From: an uncultured Thermoleophilia bacterium
GTDB lineage: Bacteria; Actinomycetota; Thermoleophilia; UBA2241
NCBI GenBank assembly: GCA_963715985.1
Contig: CAVQSP010000003.1
Coordinates: 55,679 to 119,678, forward strand
DNA: 64,000 nt
Direction: 5' to 3'
The stretch's first letter is position 1. The number at the start of each line of letters is the position of its first letter. Of this stretch, positions 50,359-60,470 are shown in pieces. Made by a program: the position numbers and the translations under genes. The notes under the pieces are model-generated. The model searched no databases. It was not told the origin of the DNA and saw only the letters and a list, made by a program, of their open reading frames with translations.

Positions 50359-53158
50359 TCACGCGGAGCAGTACTTCTCGAGCTGCCGCCGCGTGACGTC
50401 GTCCATCGGCGGCTGTTCGTACGTCTGCAGCAGGTCGGCGACGCGCTCGGCGGCGGCGGCGAGGACGGTGTCGCCGCCGCCGAGCGCGCCGTCGTAGCTC
50501 TGCCTCGTGAACACCGACCGCTTGGCGCTTCCCCGCCTCTGCGTGCGCGTGTGCCGCTGCGAGAGGTACATGCCGCCGGGTCCGACCTTCTCGATGACGT
50601 CGAGCGCGAGCGACTCCGGACTGAGGTCGATCTGCCAGGGGCGGGCCCGCAGGGCGCCGATGAGCTCGTCGTCGACGACGAGCTTCTCCCAGCTCAGCGC
50701 GTTGTAGGCGCTCAGCACGCCCATGCCCTGGAACAGGAAGTCCACCCCGCGCTCCAGCACGAGAGCGACGCCCAGCGCGCTCTCGATGCCCGCCTGCAGG
50801 TCCGGTACATGAGCGTCGGTGATGGCCCCACCGGCGCGCACGGGGAGACCCAGCCAGTGTCCGAGCTCGACCGTGGCCGCCGCGAGGCCCCAGAAGGTGG
50901 GGTCGCCGGCCAGCATGGCGCCGGTCCGCATCGAGCCCGCGGACGAGACTCCGCCGTAGATGATCGGGCAGCCGGGACTGAGCAGCTGGGCGAGGACGAC
51001 GCCGGCCAGCGCTTCCGCGTGCTGCAGCGCCAGAAGCCCGCCTGCCGTCGCCGGGCCGGTGACGCCGCCGATGGCGGCCGACGTCACCCACAGCGGCTGC
51101 CCGAGCAGCGCCATCTCCTCCACGGCCCGGCAGGCGTCGGCGTCGAACCGCAGCGGCGACGTGGAGCAGAAGCCGTAGAGGAAGCGAGGCAGCTCGTGCC
51201 AGGACGCGCCGTGGAGGATCTCGCTGGTGTCCCGGAACACCTGGCGCTGCATCTCCGTGAACGCGGGGTACTCCAGGGGCTTGTCGGTCAGCGTGAGGTA
51301 CTCGTACACGCTTCTGCGGTACTGCACCGGATCGTCCATGTCGGGGAAGTAGAAGCCGTAGCCGACCAGGTCGACGTTCTCGAGCTGATGGCAGAGCTTC
51401 GCGTACTTGGTGACGTCGGCCATCCCCGGCGGCCGCAGCTCGCCCCCCTCGGCGACGAACGAGGGCCCGGACGCGCTGGCGACCACGGGGCGGCCGCGGC
51501 CGAACACCAGGGGCCTCGCCGGCCGTCGCGGGCCACGAGCTCGAACGAGCGCGGCGCCGTGGCGAGCGCCGCGGCTCACCTGGTCCTCGCTCATGAAGAC
51601 GCGCTCGCCGTCGGTGCCGAAGCCGGCGGCGCGGAAGCGGCGCACGACGTCCTCGGACTCGAAGACGACGCCGGTGCTCCCGAGCACGCGCAGTCCGGCC
51701 TCGTGGACCTGCAGGAGCTCCTCGGGCGTCATCGGGGCGGCCGCGGCCCGGTACTCCTCTGCGGCCGCCGCACGACCGGCCGCCAGCAGCTCGCCGACCG
51801 CGGCCGTGAACTCGCGCACGTCTTCGAGCTGCTCGAAGGACCAGAGCATCGCGACGAGCTCGTCCATGCCTCTGGGCGTGACCAGGTGGCGCAGGAGCCA
51901 GCGGAACTTGCGTTCCATGCGGGCGCGGTCCCAGTCCGCCCGCTCCTTCTCGTAGACGGCGATGCTCGACGAGCCCCGACTCGAGCACGCGCCCGTCGGC
52001 GAGCTCGATGGTGACCTCGGCCGCGTCCTGGCTGTCGGGCCGGCCGAGATCGGACCCCTCGTAGAGGCGCTGGTACTCGTCGGAGCGCCACGAACTCGAT
52101 CTTGTCGGCCAGGGCGTTGATCGCCGGATCGCCGAGGCGCGCTTCGGCGACCTGTTCGGTGGCGACCTCGCCATCCACGAGCAGCGCCGCCACCGGCCAG
52201 GCGATGCTGAACTGCGCTTCCTCCGTGGTCTCGCGGGTGGACGATGTGCAGCTGCAGGGCGTCCGGATAGGTCTCGATCACGATGCGCGTGATGTCGGCC
52301 GCGTCGAACTCGTGCTCGGCCATGAGGCGGTCCACGGCGAGCAGCGGGGCGTGCGCCCAGAGGCAGCAGGAGTACTCCTTCCAGCTCATGCCGTAGGGCA
52401 GGATGAAGTGCTCGCCGAGGTCGCGCACCCACTCGTCGTACTCCTCGCGCGCGAGCAGGCTGCGCGTCCCGGTGAAGCCGCGCGCCGCGAGCTCCGCCTG
52501 AAAGCAGGCCGTTCAGCGCGCCGATGCCGATGCCGTGCTTGACCATGGCCGGCTCGACGACGGCGTCCAGCATCGGCAGCGACGGCGTGTTGTACTCGGC
52601 GATGCCGAGCGCGTGACGCGTCTGCAGCGGCGAGAGGCCGAGGAGGTTGGCGCCGATGGCGGCGCAGCCGATCGAGCCCCAGGTGCCGCAGGCGCGGTAC
52701 TCCGGCATGTGGATGTCGTGCCAGATGCGGCCGGCGCGGAACATGATCTCGTAGCCGACCACGGTGGCGGCGAGGACGGCGGCGCCGCCGGCCCCGAGCT
52801 TCTCGCCCATGGCCAGGGCGGCGGGAAGCACCTGGGCGCCGGGGTGGCCCCAGGTGTAGAGGCCGCAGTCGTCGATGTCGTAGGCGTTGCCGGCGACGCC
52901 GTTGGCGAAGGCGGCTCCGAGCACGGAAGCCCTCTCGCCGCAGGCCAGCAGCGTCGCCTGGTCGCCCGGCAGCACCTCCGCGCCACGGCCTCGGCGATCC
53001 GCGTGGACGGCGCCGTAGAGCCGGAGAGCGCCGAGGCGACGTTGTCCACGAGGCACATCAGCGCCCACTCGCGCACCGCCAGCCGGCAGGTCCTCCCAGC
53101 GAGTCCCCAGGATGAAGGCGGAGACCGCCTCCTCCCGCACGCCGAGCGTGACGGTCAC
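50359..53158 (-). CDS. Apparent MmgE/PrpD-family + MttB-superfamily fusion protein (multiple frameshifts)
   Basis: N-half: AFANG…DIDD…GHPGAQVLPAALA, VVGYE, KEYSCCLWAHA, ERKFR; reads without a stop into MTPEELLQVHEAGLRVL…STSPL…GSMRTG…VGPGGMYL. Confidence 0.7.
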
Positions 53159-53180
53159 GGTCGCCTCCCGAGCACCCTGC

Positions 53181-54854
53181 TCATCCGAAGTACGCCGTAG
53201 TCAGGTCGAGGAAGTCGCTGCCGTCCGGGAGCACGTTGTAGACGTTCTTCTACATGGCGCGGCGGGCCGGGCATCCAGTACGGGATGAGCAGAGGCGTCT
53301 CGTCCATCTGCAGCGTCGTCAGCTGCCGCGCGAGGTCTTTGCGGGTGGCCTCGTCCAGGGTCGACGTGTACTGCTTGCCGAGACTGTCGAACTGCGCGTT
53401 CTTGAAGTGGGCGCTGTTCCAGACCCCGTCCGAGTAGAGGCACGGCGTGAAGAACTGCTCCGGCACCGGGCGCATGGCCCACTGCGTGGAGCCCATCGGC
53501 ACCGTCAGCCACGGCTGGTTGTCGCCCGAGCCGTAGTACTCGGTCTGCGACATGGGCTGCACCTTCATGTCCACGCCGCCGCCCTTGCACTGCTGCTGCA
53601 TCATCTGCGCCGCCTGGACCTCCTCCATGTACTGCTCGACCACGAGCGTGACCTCGACGCCGTCGGGGTACCCGGCGGCGCTCAGGAGCTCCTTCGCCTT
53701 CGCGTAGTCCTGCTGCCTGGTGAGGTCCTGAGGGCTCAGTGGGATACATGCGTGCTGAAGAAGCTGTCGTTGCCCTCCAGCCCGTCGCCGGCGAAGAGGC
53801 CCTGCAGGTAGTCAGGCCGTTGAGACAGTAGGCGATGGCCTGGCGCACCTCTTTCTTGGTGAACGGCTCCTTGTCCACGCGCATGTGGTAGACGTTGGTG
53901 CGCGTGGACGGGGCGACAGCGATCTTCACGTCGGAGTCCGAGGACAACGACTGCGTCCCCTGCAGCCGGCGACTGCAGCATCATGTCCGCACTCGCCGGC
54001 CTGGAAGAAGACGACCTGGGCCTGGATGTCCGGGTTGAACGTCATCGTCACGCCGTCCAGGTAGGGAAGACCCTTGTCCTTCTGCCAGTACGTGGGGTTC
54101 TTCTTGAAGGTCGCGCCCTGCCTCTGGTCGTAGGTCTCCAGGAGGAACGGACCCGTCCCGACCGGGTTCTTCTCGAAGTCCCCCTTGTAGCTCGCGGGCA
54201 GGATCACCGCGTTGTAGTTGGACGACGAGACCAGGTACGGGAAGTCGACGAACGGGACCTCGAGACCGAACTCGACGGTGCTCGCGTCCACGGCGCGCAG
54301 GCCGTCGGGGACGAGCACGCCCTGGAAGTTGGTCAGGGCGGCAGGACCCGCCGTTCGGGGTCGCACAGGAGCTTCATGGTGGCGACCACATCGTCGGCCG
54401 TCAGAGGCTGGCCGTTGTTGAACGTCGCACCCTGACGGAGCTTGAACGTCCAGGTGTCCGCCGTGGCGTTGGGCGTCCAGCTCTCGGCCAGCACCGGGCG
54501 GAGGCTGAGGTCGTTCTCCGTCCAGCAGAGGTACTCACAGATCTGCTGTACGACCCCGACCGACCCGCCGTCGTACATGACGACCGGGTCGAGCGCGGCG
54601 GTGGGGCCCACCATGACGACGCGCATGGTCCCGCCTGCCTTGGGCGACGGCGCGGCCGACGTGGTCGCGGCCGGCGAAGCGCTGCTCGCGCCGCCGCCGC
54701 TCTCGCCGCATGCGGCCAGGATGCGGCCGGCCGCCGTCGCCCCCAGCCCGAGCACGCTGGCCCGCACCAGGAACTGCCTGCGCGACAGGACGTTCTTGCG
54801 CAACGCCTCGCCCAGGTGATCGCCGAGCTCCTGCTGGATATGGTCATCGGCCAT
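53181..54854 (-). CDS. ABC substrate-binding lipoprotein, family 5, Tat signal; several frameshifts
   Basis: LSRRQFL plus LAAC; LAESW, WTFKLRQG, NPVGTGPF, LPYLD; paralog of 10553/12732. Confidence 0.8.
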
Positions 54855-54961
54855 CGAAAGTCCCCCGTTCTTGCGATTACGTCCGATGTCGGGAGCGGCA
54901 CCAGACCGGCACCGTCCCATGCTGCCACGGCCCCAGATGTGGTCAACGTAGCAGCGTCCCG

Positions 54962-54990
54962 GTCCACGATGTGGGACCGTCATGTGGGAA
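54962..54990. promoter_or_regulatory. Candidate operator GTCCACGATGTGGGAC plus adjacent half-site ATGTGGGAA
   Basis: 13/16 match to consensus; about 110 nt upstream of the binding-protein gene starting at 54854. Confidence 0.5.
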
Positions 54991-55052
54991 GCGGGCGTTC
55001 GGGCGGCCTCGAGCCGGAGCACGTCCGACCCTCAGGTCGGCCGGAGCCCGCC

Positions 55053-55955
55053 TCAGTTGTACCGGATGCGCGGGTTGAGGACCGCGTACAGGATGTCGGC
55101 GACCAGGTTGGCGACCACGTAGATGATCACGATCAGCAGCGCCGTCGCCTGCACCAGCTGCAGGTCACGGCGCTGGATGGCGAACAACAACAGGCGGCCG
55201 ATGCCCCGGTAGCCGAGCACGGCCTCGGTGACAATGAGGCCGCCGATGAGCCAGCCGATACCGATGGCGACCACGGTGATGGTCGGCAGCAGCGAGTTGC
55301 GCAGCACGTGCGTGAACAGGACCTTGCGCGGCGGAAAGGCCCTTGAGGCTGGCGGTGCGCACGTAGTCCATCTGCAGGACGTCGACGGTGCTGGAGCGCG
55401 TCATGCGGACCACGTAGGCGAGGCTGGTCAGCGCCGCCGTGATGGCCGGCAGGACAAGGTACGGAAGGGCTTCGGTGAAGCTCGTGTCTGGGGCGATGTT
55501 GGACTGCGACGGGAACCAGCCGAGCTCGATCGAGAAGATGGTGATGAGGATGAGGCCGCTGACGAACTCGGGCAGGCCGATGAACGCGAGCGATCCGACC
55601 GAGATGGTCCGGTCGACCCAGGTGTTCTTGCGTAAGGCCGCGAGCAGGCCTAACAGGATGCCGAGAGGGACGTACATCACGAACGCGACGGCAGCGAGAT
55701 AGGCCGAGTTCACGAGTCGTTGGAAGATGACCGGCCGCACGGCTGTGATCATGCTCGGAGAGTCGCCCCAGTCGCCGCGCACGTACTTGCCCAGCCAGCT
55801 GCCGTACTGCACGTAGACGGGCCGGTCCAGGCCCAGCTCGTGGCGCAGCTCGCTCTTGGCCTGCTCCGTGGCGAAGCGCCCGAGGATCTGCGAGGCCACG
55901 TCGCCGGGCAGGACCGCGGTGGCCCAGAAGATAATGATCGAGGCGAGCATCAACA
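55053..55955 (-). pseudogene. DppB/OppB-type permease, 5'-truncated, frameshift near 55335
   Basis: LPGDVA, GDWGDS, YVRTASLKGL, LRNSLLP, LNPRIR; N-terminus replaced by an opposite-strand fragment. Confidence 0.75.
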
Positions 55956-56085
55956 TCTTCCTGCTCGGCGGCTTCGGCACGCTCGCGGCCGCGGTCATCG
56001 GCACCGCCATCGGCCTGGCCTCCGGCTACGTAGGGGGCACCACGGACGAAGTCATCATGCGATTACTGGACGTGCTTACCACACC
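55949..56085 (+). pseudogene. Internal fragment of a DppC/OppC permease in inverted orientation
   Basis: IGTAIGLASGYVGGTTDEVIMRLLDVL matches the equivalent segment of the permease at 15419. Confidence 0.7.
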
Positions 56086-56191
56086 CGGTCCTCAGGCCGC
56101 CATGAGCAGGGGCACTTCCGCGCAGTACGCCAGCCGCGGCAAACGCACGCCAGCACCGCCGGCGCGCTCGGACCTGCGCTCTGTGACGGTC

Positions 56192-57445
56192 TCAGACATT
56201 CCACCGCATCCTCGAAGCGTAGTCCCGGGCGACACGGCGCACGTCGCGCGCGAAACGTGCCACCTCCTCGTCGCTCACGCTCTTCGCGCCGACCTGGCAG
56301 TATGGGAGAGCGAGCACGTCCGGCGCCAGTTCGTCGGCCAACCGTCGGAAGCCGTCCACCACGTAGTCGAGCGGCGTGTCGCGCTCGAACATGATCTCGA
56401 GGTGCCCGCGCCGCCCGAGGCGCTCCTCGGCCTGCGGCCCGAGCGCCTCGCGCAGCTTCGGTAGCGCCTCCTGGCTAAAGCGCCAGGAGCAGTTGAGCCC
56501 GTAGGTCTTCGGGCTGTCGGTCATGTACAGCGCGGCGGAGGGGTGCGGCCCGCACACGTGCCGCAGCCCGCCGCCGTACCACTCGAGGAGCCGGTCGGCG
56601 TAGGGCTTGTCGAAGGCTTCGTACACCTTGGGGCTGAGCAGGCCGGCGACGTCGTCGGTGACGAGCACCGGAGCGGTCTCGGGCCGCCAGATCGTCCAGT
56701 TGGTCATGGCCGCCAGCCGCGACGGGTCGCCGACGGCCTCGAGCGTCGCGTCCTGGATGGCGATCTGGACGCCGGTGACGAGCTCGCACGCCCTGCGAAT
56801 GGCGTCAGGGTCGCGCTTGAGCGCCATGAAGAACTTCGTCTGGTCGGTGATGGACTGCACGTCGCCGAACGGCGACATCATGTCCATGCCGCCGATGGCC
56901 ACCTCCGGCTGCAGGCACGTGGCCGCCGTGCGCAGGCGCCCGAGCAGCCGGGAGATGTGCGGTGCGCTCGCCAGCTCCGGGGCGCGCACCGCGTCCAGCT
57001 CCACGACCTCGCGCGCCAGCGGAGTCTTGACCGCCGGCCAGGCGTCGAGGTCCGCCTCCCACCAGAGCTCGGCGCCGAGCATGGCCGGCACCAGGAAGTA
57101 AGCGGTCCACGGCGGCTCGAACAGGGGGATGTAGCCGGGGCCCAGGGCGCGCAGCGAGCGCTCGATGCGGCGCACCCCGGAGGTGAACCAGGCGTCATCG
57201 TCGAGCAGGACGTCGCGCACCGTCTCGCCGACGGCCGGATAGAGGTCGATGGTGAACGGGACCTCGTCGACCGGCTCGTACCGCCAGGCGCGGCGCACGG
57301 TCTCCTTGGCCGCCGCCACGCCGCCGGGGTCAAGCTCGAACTCGACGGGCCCGGCCGGCACGCGATCGGCGACGGCAGCATTATGCGCCCTACAATCGGG
57401 CCGCCTTCTCTCGTGCGTCAACACGAAGGACGCGGCGTCCCACAT
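56192..57445 (-). CDS. Uroporphyrinogen decarboxylase/MtaA-like (methylcobalamin methyltransferase fold) protein; start uncertain
   Basis: DMMSPF, FFMALKRDPD, TDDVAGLLSPKVYEAFDKPY, RHVCG (H-x-C). Confidence 0.65.
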   Translation of the reverse strand: MWDAASFVLTHERRRPDCRAHNAAVADRVPAGPVEFELDPGGVAAAKETVRRAWRYEPVDEVPFTIDLYPAVGETVRDVLLDDDAWFTSGVRRIERSLRALGPGYIPLFEPPWTAYFLVPAMLGAELWWEADLDAWPAVKTPLAREVVELDAVRAPELASAPHISRLLGRLRTAATCLQPEVAIGGMDMMSPFGDVQSITDQTKFFMALKRDPDAIRRACELVTGVQIAIQDATLEAVGDPSRLAAMTNWTIWRPETAPVLVTDDVAGLLSPKVYEAFDKPYADRLLEWYGGGLRHVCGPHPSAALYMTDSPKTYGLNCSWRFSQEALPKLREALGPQAEERLGRRGHLEIMFERDTPLDYVVDGFRRLADELAPDVLALPYCQVGAKSVSDEEVARFARDVRRVARDYASRMRWNV

Positions 57446-57452
57446 GTTTGAG
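57437..57452. promoter_or_regulatory. Candidate operator GTCCCACATGTTTGAG
   Basis: 13/16 match to consensus; at the 5' end of the URO-D-like gene, whose true start is probably further downstream. Confidence 0.45.
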
Positions 57453-57479
57453 CCGAATGGGGCTGGCTGAACGGGCTGC

Positions 57480-57520
57480 CGAGCACGAGGGGGGCCGCTC
57501 AGCGGCCCCCCTCGTGCTCG
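57480..57520 (-). terminator. Long perfect hairpin downstream of the binding-protein C-terminal fragment
   Basis: CGAGCACGAGGGGGGCCGC-tca-GCGGCCCCCCTCGTGCTCG; no poly-U tail. Confidence 0.6.
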
Positions 57521-57567
57521 ATCGCGGGTGCACTGGCCCCCGCCGATCCTCCTGCGTCAGGCGTGCG

Positions 57568-57898
57568 TCACTTGCTGAGCCACGCCGTCGTGAACGTGGT
57601 GTGCGCCCGGTCCGGGTTGAGAGCGACGCCGTTGACACTCGCCGACTCGCCGGCCACACCCAGGTTGATCAGGAAGTTGATCATCGGCACTTCCTGCTGG
57701 AGCAGCGTCTGCGCCTGCTTGTAGAGGTCCGCGCGCCGTCTCGTCGAGGGCCTGCGGGATCTGCTTCGTGAGGTCGTCGAACTGCGCGTTCTTCCAGCGC
57801 GAGTAGTTCCACGGCGCGATGCTCGTGAGCGCCAGCTGGAAGTACGTGATGGGCGCCGCGCGGGTGCCCCAGTCGACGAAGCTGAACTCGGCCTGATA
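57568..57898 (-). pseudogene. C-terminal fragment of a family-5 ABC binding protein
   Basis: YQAEFSFVDWGTR…WNYSRWKNAQFDDL…LYKQAQTLLQQEVP. Confidence 0.7.
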
Positions 57899-57901
57899 CT
57901 A

Positions 57902-58722
57902 CCTGTCGACGACACGCACCTGGAGTTCGATCTCGACAAAGTGGACTCTGAGTTCCCTGCGTCGCTCACCGACTACCGCGCCAAGATGCTCTGCAAGAGC
58001 GTCGCGGACCCGATGAAGGAGCTCATCGGGACGGGTCCGCTCACCCTCAAGTCGTACGCGGCCGAAGACCGCGCGATGCTCGTCAAGAACCCGACCTACT
58101 GGAGGAAGGACGACAGCGGCAACCAGCTGCCGTATCTGGACGAGGTCGACTTCGTCTTCTCACCCGACACCGCCGGTCAGATCGAAGGCCTGCAGGGCGA
58201 CGCCCTCAACTGGGTGGGCGGTCTCACCAGCGAGCAGAAGCGGACCATGGAAGCCGACCCCAACCTCAAGGTCGCCTGGTCGCCCAAGCCAGGGGCGCTG
58301 GGCTTTTCGTCCCCATCACGCAGCCGACCAACTACTGCTTCGAGCTGCAGATCCGCTGCGACCAGGGCCCGGGAAGAACCTCGCCTTCCGCCAGGCCCTC
58401 ATGTACGGCACCGACCGCCAGGCCATCGTCGACCTCGTGGCACCGGTCGTGGGTGACCCGGGCAACGGTACGCTCGTGGGCCCCGCCTACGCGGCCTACT
58501 ACTTCTAGGATCAGATCCCGTTCGACCAGGCCAAGGCCAAGGAGTTGCTCGCGCAGGCCGGGTACGCCAACGGCGTCGACATCAAGCTCGTTGCGCAGAC
58601 CGCAGACCCGGTTCCGGCCCTCGCCACCGCCTGGCAGGCGCAGATGAAGGAGATCGGCGTCAACGTCTCCATCACCAAGGTCCCGCCGGACGTGTACTAC
58701 GCCGACAAGGGCACGGACAAGT
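57902..58722 (+). pseudogene. Central fragment of a family-5 ABC binding protein, inverted relative to its C-terminus
   Basis: IGTGPL, KNPTYW…GNQLPYLD, AKAKELLAQAGY, VYYADKGTD; frameshifts and an in-frame TAG at 58506. Confidence 0.72.
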
Positions 58723-58741
58723 CTACCTGACGATCAGCTGC

Positions 58742-58966
58742 ATGATCGTGGTGGACGACGACATCGACGTGTACGACCCGGCAGACTTGGAGTGGGCCTG
58801 GGTGACAAGGGTCCGCCCGGGACGGGACGTCGTCGTGCTGCAGGGCGACGCGCACAACCGCATGACGCGGCACCGCTGGGGGCTGGATGCGACCGTGCCG
58901 CTCGCGCAGCGGGAGTGGTAAGCGAAGGCCCGGCCGCCTGGGGTCGACGAGGTGGACTGCGTGTAG
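58742..58966 (+). pseudogene. C-terminal fragment of a UbiD-family decarboxylase
   Basis: IVVDDDIDVYDPADLEWAWVTRVRPGRDVVV…WGLDAT; TAA at 58919; not in the ORF track. Confidence 0.7.
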
Positions 58967-58974
58967 GCCGAGTG

Positions 58975-59806
58975 TCAGGCCGGGGGCGGGCGCAGACCGG
59001 CGTGGTCTTCAAGACAGCGGCTGATGGCGGCGCCGGCCGAGGTCACGGCGAGCACGAGCGAGTCAAGTACCGGGCCCGTCACGCGTTCGCTGGGCGCGGC
59101 GACGCTCATGGCCGCGACGCAGCGGCCGGCGCCTTCGAACAGAGGCACGCCCACGCTCGTAGCATGCGCGTCGACCTCGCCCCGGCTGATCGCGAACCCA
59201 TGCTCCCGGCGGCCGCCATTCGTTGCCGACAGGTGCTCTTCGTGACGGTCGCCGTCTGCATAGCGCTTCCTCGAGCGCCGGGCGAACGACCAGCGCGGCG
59301 AGCCTGACGTCAAGATGGGCGAGAGCCGCGACGGCGGAACCGGCGTAGAGCGGCGTGACGGAGTAGCTTCGGGAAGGACACGCGCAATGGTTGGGGACCC
59401 TCGACCGTCGCCATGCAGACGACATCCGGCCATGAGGGACGGTCAAAATGGCCGTTTCGCCGGTCGCCTCGACCAGTTCCTTCATGAAGGGAGCGCGATC
59501 ATCGGGATGTCGTCGGCGACCTGGCGCTGGGCGGAACGGGCAAGAGCGAACACCGCCGGCCCCATCTCATCCGCTCCGGCCGACCCGGGTGAGTAGTCCC
59601 GCAACGCTTGAGGGCCTGGACCACCCTGATAAGTGGTGCTCTCCGGCATATCCAAGGCGCGGCGATCTCCGCGATGGAGACCGACGAGGATGCGCCGCGA
59701 CCACGCCGAGAACGGCGAGGCCACGTTCCAACGCCTGTGTGCCGGCCACGGCTGAGCCTTCCTCTGCACGCACGATCAGTCGAGATTGGACAGCCGTTTC
59801 TATCAC
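58975..59806 (-). pseudogene. IclR-family regulator, heavily frameshifted
   Basis: QALERGLAVL, ELVEATGETAIL, PLYAGS, GFAISRGEVD…SVGVP…AAMSVAAPSER spread over several frames. Confidence 0.7.
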
Positions 59807-59941
59807 GTGGTGATAAAGGTGTCAAAGTCGGGAGCTCATTCGGCGAGACTGTGGCAACGGCATGGCCGTTGACAGCATAGCTACATGATGGGAACATCTC
59901 TCACAATGTAGTAACTCGTCCGGGCAAGAGGAGATAGATCC

Positions 59942-60430
59942 TTGGGCAAGCGGATCCTTGTCGAGCCTGACCTGTGCACGGGTTGCATGATCTGCGCCCA
60001 GGTCTGTTCGCTGACCAAGACCCGGACCTGCAACCCTGCGCGGGCCAGAGTCCGCATCGTCGATTGTGAGCGCACCGGAGTGACCGTACCCGTCGTCTGC
60101 CAGGACTGCGCGGAGCCGGTTTGCCTCTTCTGCTGCCCGCCTGCGGCCATCCGGCAGGATCCGGCGAGCGGCTTGGTCAGCATCGACAGGGAGTCGTGCA
60201 CCAACTGCCGCATCTGTATGCGGGTCTGCCCGTTCGGAGGGCCTACTCTGGGACCCCGTCGAACGGCAGGTCCACCTCTGCGATCACTGCGACGGGCGAC
60301 CGGCATGCGTGGCGAGTTGCCCGACCGGAGCGCTCTCCTATGCGAGGCGAGCGTAGACACCGCGGCGCTCGGCAGCGCAGCCTGGGCAGACATACGCCTG
60401 TCCTCCTCGATGGGCCGGCGCATGACCTAT
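59942..60430 (+). CDS. 4Fe-4S dicluster protein (partner of AOR); frameshift near 60250
   Basis: CTGCMICAQVC, CQDCAEPVC…CP, CTNCRICMRVCP; CDHC in a shifted frame. Confidence 0.82.
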
Positions 60431-60470
60431 CGCGGCCGCAGTACGGGACTCCCGCGAAAGGGGCAGCGCT

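Noticed and set aside
58506-58508. In-frame TAG in the binding-protein fragment as another pyrrolysine site
   Set aside because: It lies in a rearranged, error-rich fragment, a nearby fragment has an in-frame TAA, and no Pyl precedent exists for this family; worth rechecking only after polishing
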